From assembly GCA_032718475.1 (NCBI GenBank), contig JAUCBJ010007594.1, positions 1 to 64,000 of the forward strand: a stretch of DNA of 64,000 nucleotides, written 5' to 3'. Of the stretch, positions 23,287 to 35,512 are shown piece after piece. The position numbers and the translations under genes are program-made. Source of the stretch: Nemertoderma westbladi. Lineage: Eukaryota; Animalia; Xenacoelomorpha. Below the pieces are notes generated by a model. The model was given only the letters and a program-made list of their open reading frames with translations. It ran no database searches and was not told the origin of the DNA. The number at the start of each line of letters is the position of its first letter. Within the stretch, counting starts at the first letter, position 1.

Positions 23287-26200
23287 AATAATGAACGAGA
23301 GAAAGCCGCCCCAATATTAGATTATTACAACAACATATCCATTGGGTAAGAAAGTGGAGGAGAGCCAGCCCGTCTCCTAATTTTTTACTTTATGTTACGC
23401 GATCAATTTTCACTCATCCCGTCATGAACCCAACATGTATGTAACCTTTTGTTAAATTTGTTGGCTATGCGTTTGCGGTTGTTTGGGCGGAGTGTGGTAG
23501 GCCTACACTTTTCACACTTAAATATTTTGGTTGTGAAATGTTACAGGGCATAGCTATCTGAGATATTTCATTTATATTTTATTATGAGAGGAAGAAGAAC
23601 ATACAACGTTATTTACTATATATGTAACAAAATAATTGTTTTCGGGTTTAACTTGGAAGCCGCCCCAAATAGTTGATATACAATTATATTTAAAATTATT
23701 TCCATGGTCATGGTCATTCACCCGTCTTTAGTTAGAAATTTGTTTGCATGAAAGACAGTTTAGATTAGTTTTTACTGATTTATTATCTCTTATCTGACTG
23801 GGGTAATAATAAAGGATAGGATAAATGGAAGCAAAGTGTGACAGTAACAAATATTTCCCCGTCACCCTAGCATGTTTTAAGTATATGATATATCAAAGGG
23901 GGAAGTTTGGATTCACTGCATAAATGCAGTTCACCAAACTTCCCCCGAATGCACACTGTAACTTCCCCCTTCCCACAAATATCCACTGTTGAATTAATTT
24001 GAAGCGATATAATAAGTACAAAATTGTGCGAGTTTTTAATTGTGTAGTCCAATTGTTATTTGATTTCTATTTATTATTTAAAGTGCATTTAATATCACAC
24101 TGGTTTTTAGAATATTATACTATACAACCTTATGTTTTATTAATTTACCCAATCGAAGCCTCATAAGGGCCGGTTATTTGTACGCATATCCCCTAATGCG
24201 CTCAGTAAGGTTCAAACAACATATTAATATGAAAATAAAGTATCTGCAAAGAAAAGAACCCGATACTATATAATTTGACCTTATTAAAAAATTTGCACTT
24301 TTGCACACTTATTTGTACAAAATGCACTTTAGCAGATCGTAATGGTGGCTCTTATTTAACAAACTTATGTTTATCCTCTACCGATCTACGATGGTGTATG
24401 ATCAAGTGTCAGTCGCTAAAAGTGTCAAAAATCCAATTTAATAAATCTGGATTTGCGATTTTGGACCATATTCATGGACATTTTTAAGTCACTTTATAGA
24501 CATAAAAAGTTAAACAAATGTTACGATTATAGTTAGAAATCATTCCAAACTACATTTTAATCCAAAAAATAACATTCTACGATGAATAGAACTGGAAATA
24601 ACAGTGTTTGAAATATCGAAAAAATGTTCACTATTTAAGTGCATTTTGCACTAAGTGCACATAAGTCTTTTCCCAAGTTTTATCCTATTTCACACACTAC
24701 AATCTATCCTCTATCCAATGAAAAAAGTTTCAGATCAAACGGCCCAGTAGAACCAAAGTTATTGATGTTTAAAAATAGTCACTCGAAAATTTCAAATTAT
24801 CTTGGTCACATAGTCTAGTGGTTATCAATCACGTTAATGAAACCTAAGTTCGCGGGTTCGAAATCCAATATTGACCTGACCATTCTTAATTTTTTTGCAA
24901 AAAAAATTATTTTTATTTTTTCATTAAAATCGCTCTAACTTCGGTTCTGGTGGTCCAAATTCAATAAAATTGGTATATTCTTTGCCGTAATTTTTTTCTT
25001 AATCTTTTGAGAAGGGGTTATTTTTGGCCCCAAAAAAATTAAAAAAAAGGGCCAAAATAACGCGATATTTTTCGACCCTTAAAATTCGTAATTTTAATTA
25101 TATATGTTAAGATAAAAGATAGCGGAGTTAATTTGATACTTTTTACAGGTACTTTTGGCGCAATACGCTAAATTATAATGGAATAGCGATTTGTTAAAAA
25201 AAAAAATTTTTCGTCCCTTTTAATAAATATTATATTTCACACGATCGCCTGCCGCTCCAGTTTTATAATACCTCCGGCGCTGTGATTAACGCTGTCAGAT
25301 AGATAATTTAACGCACTATAAGTCTGTGTAAACAAATCTCCCGTAAGTTAAGTAGTTTTCGAGCTAGACGATTTCCCGCGAAGCGAGTTTGAAGCGCGAA
25401 ATTATAATTTTGGCCCTCACTTTTTTAATATCATCCTTGGAGCAAAACCGATAGCATATTTGAATTCCCCGTATGGATATTGACTGTATAGAATGTACCT
25501 TAACCAACTAAAGTTAAAAATAAAAAATTATTCGATAAAAACTACTTTACAAATTCTGACCCTTTTTGCCCCCTATTGCCGACATATTTTTTGTACCCCC
25601 ATTCGATAGGAACGTAGCCCCAATGGTCGTCTACGAGTTTCATAAAAGAATTAATGGATTCCTACCCGCGTTGTCGAATTAAAGATTTCGGAAATAAGTG
25701 TTCCAAAAAAGACGGACAAAAACGTACAAATTTACAGCCCCTTTTTCCACCAGAAATTTTAATAAATATCTTACCCCCATTCGATACGAAGGTAGTACCA
25801 CTCTTCCCCTTTCCAACCGCGTTACTTTCGTCCCCTTACGATTAATATTAGCCGAGTTATAGCGGATCCCGCAAAGTCATTTTGTCCGTTTTTTCAACTT
25901 TGACGGACATTTTCGGAAAAAAGGCGTGGTAATCTTTTTTGAAAAAAAAACGAATTCACTAATTAATCCCTTCTATCGTATCCCGGCGTCGGCTAAGCAA
26001 TAACCTAGGGTTTTTTCGAGCCACTGTAGAGCGCCTTTCAAAAAAATTTTAAAATTGTCGAAAAAATGACGGTTTTTTGTCCGTCTTGTCCGTCGAAGGG
26101 TTAGATTTAATAATGTTAGAGTTGCTAATATCTTAGAATTCCGAGCCGCTCCCCTGGTGAGAAAATAAAAAAATTTGGTCAGTTCCTTCATCGAAAAGTC

Positions 26201-26328
26201 CCACAGAATCCCAAGTTAACCTATATAGTTAGCGATGGCCTGCGGCTTTAGGAGCGGCCGCGGTATTCACCTCCCTCATAGCGGCCGCGGCTGAAATATG
26301 GGGGGATATACGGGCTATGGAGAAATAT

Positions 26329-26794
26329 TTATCCCACCAAGAATGGTGCAAGTGTGTCTCCTTGGAGGACGCCCCATAACACTTCAAATGGTTCTGTGTC
26401 ACCGTCAACAGTAGACACAAATGTTGTCGAACCATCGTATACTGATCTGATTGCTGCAATAATTTCATCAGGAATCCCATAATGAAAGTATGCTGAACAT
26501 ACGTGACCGAGAGACTGAATCAAAGGCCTTGAAGAAGTCAACAAAGATAACAGCCAGATGCCTGTCTTTCTTTTTTGATAATTCTTCAATTATCCTTCTA
26601 AGTGCCAAAATGGGCTCCATGGTCCCACGACCTTTACGGAACCCATTCTGATTTCCACGGAGCAGTCTCTCAATGGGATCCCTGATGCGATTTAATAGAA
26701 TCCTATTGTATAGCTTTGCAGCAATCGAGATCAATGAGATTCCCCGAAAAGAACCATAGAGTGTTAGGTTGCCCTTCTTGGGAACTGGCACCAA
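26329..26794 (-). pseudogene. Frameshifted RTE-group reverse transcriptase fragment
   Basis: VPVPKKG..RGISL..QNGFR..FVDFFKAFDS and GVLQGDTLAPF. Confidence 0.88.
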
Positions 26795-27577
26795 CTTATT
26801 TGTGTGATTCCATTGAATTCAGAACCATCACAAACCCGTATAATGCTAGAAACAAAGTGACACAATTAATTTATATATTTGATGGTTTTCAAAATTTGGT
26901 GCTAGCACCACAGTTTACACCCACTTCCGAAAAATACAAGTTTACAATGTGTAGTTCGTTAGTGTGTGTTGTTAGTATAATTCCATTGAATTCAGAACAG
27001 CCATAAACCTCTAAAACGCAATAAATAAATTATCACAAGCAATTTTATCTATTGAATGGATTTTCAAATTTTCGTGCTAGCACCAAAATTTGCACACAGC
27101 ACCGAAAAATACAAGTTTGATACGCTTGGTGCAACTCGTATATATTCCATCGAAACCAGAACCCCAGAAAATCCCAATTGCGTAAAAATCAATTTACAAA
27201 ATTGACATATTTAAAAATTTGGTACCCGCCGAAAAAAACAAGTTTGAAATTTCTACATTAATTTATATGAATTCCATCCAATTGCTAACATCAAAAAACC
27301 GGTGCAAATCAAAAATAGAGATGATACAAATCATATTTAATGAAATGTAATTTTCAAAAACCGTCTCAAAAAAAGTTCCAAAAGTAGGGTTAAAAAATGG
27401 TGCTATAACTAAATATTTTTTAAATCGATTTTCACTACTAGGAAAACAATAGATTTTTAGGAAAAGTCATATAATTTCAGATTCTCAACTGCGTTTGTTT
27501 CAGAATTATAACAAAAAAACCACGGGGGGGGGGGGGGGGGTCATATTGACCCGCCCCCACCCCCGGGTTTAATAGAG
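26795..27577. mobile_element. Right half of the same piggyBac MITE family
   Basis: Collinear with ~37500-38294 and ends CCGGGTTTAATAGAG|TTAA. Confidence 0.8.
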
Positions 27578-28900
27578 TTAAACAAATGTTGATCATCATA
27601 TCATTAAAGACGCCAATCAATAATATGATGCCGCATGCCACTGCTGGTGGATACTTACAACTTCAACTATCTATCTACAACCAATATAATGGAATGAAAT
27701 GAGTAACAGCGAATCAGAAGGCTGCCCTAATTTAATAATATAATAAGAAAGATAACTGCTACCTTGGATTCCGTGTTTTTCAGACTCTTGATTTACTGTT
27801 AACTTTGTAACTGCTGCCATAATTGAACAAATTATGTAAGATAATGACTCAGAGATTACTGCACGACTTAGAACAGTACATAATGAAGCTACAATACCCT
27901 TAGCCCGGGGCGGGGAACTTCTCAGCGGACAATTAACCGATTTATCAAACCACGGTGTTAAGATAATCAACTTCTCTGGCCACGTGGAAAAAGGTTGTCA
28001 GAAACTACACGGTCTTCAACTACCTAGGGCATCGAGTGAGATGGTCAGGTAAAGACTAAGGCCCGAGCGGCGCCAGTCAGCGTTTCACGAGCCTTAAAAG
28101 GACTCGGGGCATGTCAACACTAGGGGCTGAAAAGGGGCCAACCAGGAAGGACTTTGGGCCGTCTGATCGGTGATCTGGTCAAAGTGTCACAAGCCTGAAA
28201 AGGACTCGGGGCGCGTCGACAAAAGGTGGCGCCATAAAGGGAATGACAAACCCCAAGCTAAGCCGCTTGACTTTCCTCAGGACCAACCCTGAAAGGGTTT
28301 GCGAGGGGCGAGTGGTATGCAAAGGGTCGACTTACTGCCTACACAATGGAGTGGTATGCATCATAACTGCTGCATTCCCTCACCGACCCAACAGACAGAC
28401 ACCCAACAGACGCCGACCCAACTGAGAGATATGCAACATAGCTACTGCATTCCCTCACTCACCCGACAGAATTCTGATGGAATTCCAACTGACTTCTCAC
28501 AGATGTGGATTGGACAGACGGGTTTCACACGTAGTTTGGGGGGGTTAAAATACTATCTAAAAGTAAATTCAGCATATAGATGAAATAAAAATATAAAGTA
28601 TTGAGGGTCTTTAGCTGGTTATATTATATTAAATAAAGATACAATAGTAAAGTATTATTGATAGTAACAATGTGTTGGCAAGCTGTATTTTTCGAAGTGT
28701 TTGTTATTATACATTTATTATAGGAAGGGATCTTGGGGTCTTAGCCTCGAATGATAAGTTTATTTTACCGAAAATAACTTATCTTTTATTGGCGCAATTG
28801 TAGGACTAATCCCATCACATGCGTACTTTTTAACCGGGTAGTGTACAAATTTAGGAATCGCGTAATTTTTTCTTGAAATTAATATCTCATATCTCTCCAA

Positions 28901-28943
28901 ACCATGTACGCGTTTCGACCTTACTGTGTCTCATCAGCGTGGT
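28901..28943 (-). ncRNA. Minimal type I hammerhead ribozyme, copy 1
   Basis: ACCACG-CUGAUGA-GACACAGUAAGGUC-GAAA-CGCG-UA-CAUGGU. Confidence 0.8.
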
Positions 28944-29312
28944 GTCAGATTCGAACCTGGGACCTCGAGGTGGAAGCCGAGACTACAACCACTAGGCCAC
29001 AGGTTCTTGAGATATGGAGTATTAATTTCAAAGCCAGCTGCCATTTTATTAGTCCCTGATTTTGTATTATTGATAGTAACAATGTGTTGGCAAGCTGTAT
29101 TTTTCGAGGTGTTTGTTATTATACATTTATTATAGGAAGGGATCTTGGGGTCTTAGCCTCGAATGATAAGTTTATTTTACCGAAAATAACTTATGTTTTA
29201 TTGGCGCAATTGTAGGACTAATCCCATCACATGCGTACTTTTTAACCGGGTAGTGTACAAATTTAGGAATCGCGTAATTTTTTCTTGAAATTAATATCTC
29301 ATATCTCTCCAA

Positions 29313-29355
29313 ACCACATACGCGTTTCGACCTTACTGGGTCTCATCAGCGTGGT
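29313..29355 (-). ncRNA. Minimal type I hammerhead ribozyme, copy 2
   Basis: ACCACG-CUGAUGA-GACC(CAGUAA)GGUC-GAAA-CGCG-UA-UGUGGU. The core is complete, with a 6-bp stem I, a 4-bp stem II and a palindromic ACGCGU stem III. Confidence 0.88.
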
Positions 29356-29678
29356 GTCGGATTCGAACCTCAATACTATATTTTTTCTATCATCTATACA
29401 CTATGCTACCGCAGGTGAATGCCTACCACTTCATCCATTCGGTAAATTCAGCAGCCCTATTAATTAATTTTGTACTGTAGGTATTTTATTATTATGCTAT
29501 TAATTGTATTGTATTATTATAGAATGTACTTCTTATCCATAGCAACTGTTTTGAACATGCGAAAAGCGGGTTCCGGGAAAATAACTGAGTTGAAAACCCA
29601 CTTCTTACTATTAAAAAGCGGGCAAATTACTTCTGGGTGGGTAATAATTGCGTATATTCTATCTATATTGGCGTGGGG

Positions 29679-31575
29679 TGTTGGAAGGGACGTAGCAATC
29701 CTGCAATATCCTACTGTAAAGTCTGCGAATCATAAAACATAAATCCAACCTTCTCACCAAAACAGTAAACTCTAAGTAGGCAGATCTATTGCAGTATCGG
29801 TCTCATTAACTGGTGAGGCAGAAGACAGTCTACGAACGGACAAACTTCGATAAAACAAAATCCCGCGCAGCGAATCCTAACGTCGTACTGACTTGCTGAC
29901 GGACTAAAAGCGCTCGTATACTTTGCCGCGGTGTGATTTATATGGGGTGGGGTTTGCTAGCTAAATGTCTAACTGCAGTATGGACCAAATTATTTTATAT
30001 ATTTCGAGGTGTAAATAATTCTTAACGCGTGTGTGTGTATCTTGATTTTGACAGTCAAAATTCAGTTTTTTATCCTTCAACATATATAATTACTGGGTCC
30101 GGTGTACATTTTACAAATATTCTAATTTTGTAGTTTGTAGGTCCAATACTTACAAATGATAAGGCTCCTTCCCCTTTTGTGTATTTCCAGGACTCAAATT
30201 CAGGCATAAGGTTAATACTACGCCCGGAATTCGGCAATTTAAATTTTCCAGGTCCCTAATACTAAGAAGAAATGTGTTAGTTTACTACAGTAGGCGTACA
30301 GTTACAAATAGCTAGCCTGGTCTCCTATCTAGAATTTTGGTTGCCTAGGTGGGCGTGGCAACTTCTTATCAGAATGTCGGCGGGGACACGGTAGGTGTTA
30401 GTATCCCTAATAGCCTTAATTGTAATGCGCCTAGCAATAAACTGCCCTACCGCCTGAACGGTATAATTTTGATTCAGGCAAAACACAGTAACCCCCTCCT
30501 GGCCTACAAGCTTCAATGCAAACGATGGACACTGTTGTACTACTGATAAACCACCAGCGCACCTATACCTGGCAAATGAGTTAGGCGTACAGTTGTGCTG
30601 TACCCTACTAATGTACATGCCTTGTAATGGTGTGCCTGTGTCCTATCTGTGTACTTGTATCTCTCTCTGCCTGCCTATCCTCTCCCCCCCCCCCCGTAGG
30701 AATGTGAAGGTTTACTGCGGGTTTGGTTCAAATCAAGACAATACAGTTCCTAAACTTTAATTTTGGCGCACAGCATGTCACTACTTCTACCTTTAATCTC
30801 AGGTCTTACGCTTAGGTAGCAAGGCATCAAACGCTGTCTAACCTTTCAGGCGATGGGCGAAGAACTATAATCAATATTGTGGGTGGTCTCCTCTCTACAT
30901 TCCGCCGATGTTCCCGTTTGTTGCTGCGGCCCGCTGTCTAGCCTGCCATCTGTCCCTCAGTTGGGTTCACCGTAGTGAAACATGTGAAAAGGCAGATATA
31001 GCAATAATTCTGACTTTATTACAGATAACCAACAAATTTCGAAAATAAAATACAAACAATTTATAAGCTACAAGTAAATTAGTATCAGAAATAACTAAAG
31101 TGAGTGATAATCAGATTAATAACTAATGAACAAATCGCACCCTTTTATAGCAAATTAGTGCTGCAAACAATCGAGAAAAATCTAGATTGTTCTATAAGTT
31201 CCATTGCGTTTTTAAAGAATACTATTGGTCCAGCGAACACATAACTTGCACGACATTGGTTACTGTCAAATAACTGCAATCGCATTGGTTAATCTACCTT
31301 GAGCAGATACAATTAAATCGTAGCGGTCAATTCAAATGAATTGAAATTTAGCACAAAAAATAATTCGCACCTGCTAGGATTTGAACTCAATACCTACTAA
31401 ACGAATTTCTAACACCTAACTGAGTGAGCTACTGAACCATCTGTACAATGTTGTACAAATAGCTATAGTAAATGCAAATGAGGACTTAATGTAATCTTTA
31501 TAACAATAATGCAAGTTAATTCCAACAAAATAAAAATTTTGAAATTCACGGCTTTTGTGAGGATATAATTCTATA
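29679..31575 (-). repeat. 3' LTR of element A (~1.9 kb)
   Basis: Follows GGAGCGG and runs TATAG...AACA. It has CCAAT boxes, TATAAAA near 31149, AATAAA near 31020, and blocks shared with the LTR of element B. Confidence 0.75.
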
Positions 31576-32181
31576 CCGCTCCATGAAAACAGGATATTAT
31601 CGTACATAAAATATACGGTTTTCACCAATAACAAATCGAATTATGAAATACTTGGGGCGTACCTACATATTTACAAATAAAATTTCAAACAATAATGCTT
31701 CCTTTCTACGTAATAATTTGGTACAAAATAATTACAAATTCAAACTTTACATATTTAAGGCTTTATTAGTAGCTACAATATAAATCTAAATTAAATTCAC
31801 CAATATAAATCTATTGCCTCTCAAATATATTGCATAAATTCAAAATAATCACAAATACAAATACTGCTTCCTTATATAAAATATAAATTGCATAAGTTCG
31901 GAATAATTACAAATATAAGTAAATGAAATCACAAGAAAGGCTCGCAAGTCTTCCGTCCACCCTCTTGCCTTCTATTTTACTGCAAATACAAATACTGCTT
32001 CCTTACATAAAATATAAATTGCATAAGTTCGGAATAATTACAAATATAAATCTTTCTAAATATAAATCTTTCTAAATATAAAACTTTCTAAATATAAATC
32101 TTTCTAAATATAAAACTTTCTAAATATAAAATAAATGAAATCTTAAGAAAGGCTCGCAAGTCTTCCGTCCACTCTTGCCTT

Positions 32182-35100
32182 CTATTTCACCCTGCCGCCC
32201 TGCCGCGTCCTCGAAAACTGCGTATATGCGACTTGGCTCATACCACAGGACTTATGGGGCGAGTCACTAGTTTACCTTGGACGTTGGGAGATGGTACGAC
32301 CATTTCCTCGCAAGCTCGTCTTTTAGTAATTCCAAATCCTCATCTGACTCCTCGTGACCGACTGGTTGGTTCTACCGTTGGCAAAACGTCTGGGAACGCG
32401 CTGGAAGCGGACGGTACAGACCCAAGAGAAACTTGCGCCCCCTTTTGATCGGCTGGTATATGTCCCAATCCTCCTTGCGGTTCTCTGGGAAGTGACACCG
32501 TATCTCGAGTGACTCGAATAGTCGGTTCAAATCCCTTTCGTTCTTCAATGTTTATAGTTTTCTTTAATTGTTGGTTCCCTTTCTGAACCCTTATGATCCT
32601 GTTCTGTCCGTCCTCCCGAGGCGAGGGTGACGTGCAGACGGCGCAACCGGAGTGGCTGGTATGTTGGTCGCCTCTAGGATCTCCTCTTCCTCGAATACGC
32701 TCGATCGTATGCGTTTGTGGTAAAAGGCGGCTCAGTACGCCCATGCGACGGTTAACCAAGCTCCCTTGTTTCGCTTTTCTGTTCGGAAACGATCAAATTC
32801 ACCATACGTAATACGATTAACGACTTTCTGGAAATTCCAGGTATTCTTATTGTCAGGATGAATCTGCCGTAAATATTCGCGCACAACTCTAAATCCACTA
32901 TCGTGAGGCAAAATGTCAACTACCTCGATTAGTTCGTCGTATTGTGGCATAGCAGAGATATATCCTTCCGACATCATAGTTTGGGGATTTACCGCCCAAA
33001 ATCCAAGATGTGCTCTCATCGGGAATCGTCTTCTTTGTGCCGATACATGTTCGTCAGCTAAATCTTCCCAATTATCAAACAGTTTTCTAACGAGTTTTAC
33101 AGATTCGTGTTCCTATGGTATGTCTCGCAATTGACATTCAGATGCTCGATTTCCCTTTATGAGCATTGAGCCATAAATCTCCAGCAAGTATAAAATGTAT
33201 GGGACCCTTGATCTCCACACCATCCACAAATCAGTTGAGTCATAGTAATGTGTTTTCCGCTACATTTCGTTGAGTGATGTCCAGCGACGCCACATTTACC
33301 ACACATAGTATTAGCAGTGAGACAAAGTAGATGTCTTTTAAGAGTCCGAGACACGATGTCGGCGATTAAGCAAACATTCACTGATGACTCTATCGCTAAA
33401 TAATATTGTAGTACTGCTCTTGGAGGTGAAGTAATAGCCCAGTGAGACAAAGTGGATGTCTTTTAAGAGTCCGAGACACGATGTCGGCGATTAAGCAAAC
33501 ATTCACTGATGACTCTATCGCTAAATAATATTGTAGTACTGCTCTTGGAGGTGAAGTAATAGCCCAATACACGCATCCTCTCCATTTTAGCTGTGTTTCA
33601 AACTCGTTTATGTCTGGAGTATCACCTTCTCCATACGTTTCGATATACTTTGTTCTTTTACTTTCCTTGTAATCCCAATTAAACATCAAGTAGGAAATGT
33701 ATCCAGTTCCGGTCTTCTGAGTGTCATACTTCACTGAAAAATCCTTGTTCTATGGACCACAGTATAAGAGGTCGAGTGTCGACTTAAGGTGTAATCGGTC
33801 GTCACTGTCCAACATGCCGGCGAAGTCGCTAATTAAATCCTCCCTCACTCCTGATCCAATCTTTACAACGGTTTTATCTAAGATAATGTTTCTTACCATC
33901 TTCGGTAACATTCTAGCATTGATGTTGCAGGCCTGGTCCATCTTCTTTACTATGTTGGTAATGAGATGGTGCCGCTTAGTATTTCCTGGAGGTATCGGCA
34001 TTCGTTTGTCGCTTCTTTGTCTACTGAAAACGTGCAAGACTCCGTCTGCTGCTCTAAATTGAATAGTCTTGGAAGTCAGACTCTGTTGATGGCTGCAGCC
34101 CTCGTTGTCATAATACATGTAGCCATTTTCTTGGAATGACCTAAGCGTCCTGTTCCATTCGTCCATTAATTCTTCCGAAGGTTGCCAAATCTTCTCTATA
34201 TCCTTTTCGAATTAACGAATAATTTTACCTTGCCAATTCGTGGCGATGTCTGTATCCGATTCAAAGGTTCCTGTTCCGATCCATAAGCGAATTGTTCTGG
34301 TCAGATATCCTTTCAGGTTGCTCGGAGCTATATCGGCGCCAGCTCTATCCAGTTCCCTAAAGTCTTGAATATGCGGCGGAACGTTATGCACGACCTTTTG
34401 CGTAATATGTCTTCGTAAATCATATATTTTAACCATATCGCTTAGAACAACTGCAGGAAGAAACTCTAAGTTTGAAATAATTTCCGGATGATCCACAATA
34501 GGTATTTCGTACGTCGTATCTTCTCGGACTGGTATACTAATAGGGAAATTGAGTGTCTTACTCAATGGTTTCGTAGGTACTATACGATTGCATTTCTCTT
34601 GTCCTTTCCGGTGATGCGATCTGTAGTCTCTGAATAACATTTTGGGCAAAGTTTATACTTTCGAAAATTTCTGGTGTCATCTCCTTAGCTGAAGTCTGAT
34701 CATGTGATGTCCAATGGTAAGGTAGGCTCGCGAGTCTTCCGCCCCATTCTTCTATCTCACCTTCCTCGAAAGCCTTGTAGGCTCTGTATAGGCTAAGAGC
34801 TTCTTTCTTTTCGCGGGTTGACTGAGTCACCTCTTCCAGCGTAAGTTCATATGCATCGGGTTCAACAATCTTAGGTGGGCAAACGACAATTTCTCCCGCC
34901 TTTGGTCCACACATAGCAAATGAATGATACGGATTCGATAAAGGATACCCTCCTTCCTGGTAACGTAGTTGTTGATGGTTTGAACACCTCGCTAATATCG
35001 GTTCGGGATTTTCCTTATTCAAACGCATCGGGATCGCCTTTTGTTTTTCGCGCATACAAGCACCACATTGATAATAAAGTTTATAAACTGAAAAGGCTTC

Positions 35101-35512
35101 CTTTGTTTCTCTATCGTCTCCTCGAGTTCATCTGTAAATATGCATTCCATCGAATTCATCGCGTACCGCAGGCATAGGTTCATCTGCCTTCAGGTATTGC
35201 ATGGTATGATACAAACGACTTATTTCGGTATCGGGGTCTTCACTGATATCTCCCGTATCGCATAAAGCATCGTACGGATAAAGTTCGTTGAAGGTTTTAC
35301 GCAAACTTTCGATTCTTTCGTTTAATTCGTTCTGCCTTCGAGTTTAATACCGTCGAGTCATATTTAGTCTTTGCATGTTTTGCTGTACTTTCTGATAAAT
35401 CCTTTATACCAAATATAGTGTAGTCTTTTGCTCCAAATCGTTCAAATGGAGCTGCAGCTTCCTCTTGGATATCATATCCCCATCTCGGCTCTCCAGATAT
35501 CCCCTTTGCCAT
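32182..35512 (-). pseudogene. Accessory ORF of element A (originally ~1100 aa): unknown N-domain, DEDDy 3'-5' exonuclease, two CCHC knuckles, Arg-rich tail
   Basis: Consecutive ORF pieces give ExoI YYDNEG, ExoII IILDKTVVKIGSGVREDL, ExoIII-like W...LQYYLAIE, then CGKCGVAGHHSTKC and CGWCGDQGSHTFYTC. It is broken by frameshifts and a 125-bp duplication (33315/33440). Confidence 0.75.

Larger units (their letters stand above)
28652..29371 (-). mobile_element. 412-bp tandem unit (about 1.75 copies): tRNA-derived SINE or retrozyme-like element
   Basis: Repeat starts at 28652 and 29064. The minus strand has A box TGGCCTAGTGG and B box GGTTCGAATC (29000-28948) directly followed by a hammerhead. Confidence 0.8.

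Noticed and set aside
24803-24875. tRNA-like sequence with A and B boxes
   Set aside because: The stems do not form a cloverleaf and it lies in repeat-like DNA, so it is not called as a tRNA gene. The same applies to the LTR cassettes.
23400-26220. Probable DNA-transposon remnants
   Set aside because: I could not identify paired termini, TSDs or coding motifs, so no specific call is made.
30960-30985. PBS-like sequence after AATAAA, suggesting a short LTR followed by a second tandem element
   Set aside because: The TSD and A/B homology extend the element to 29679, so a single long LTR is the simpler reading.
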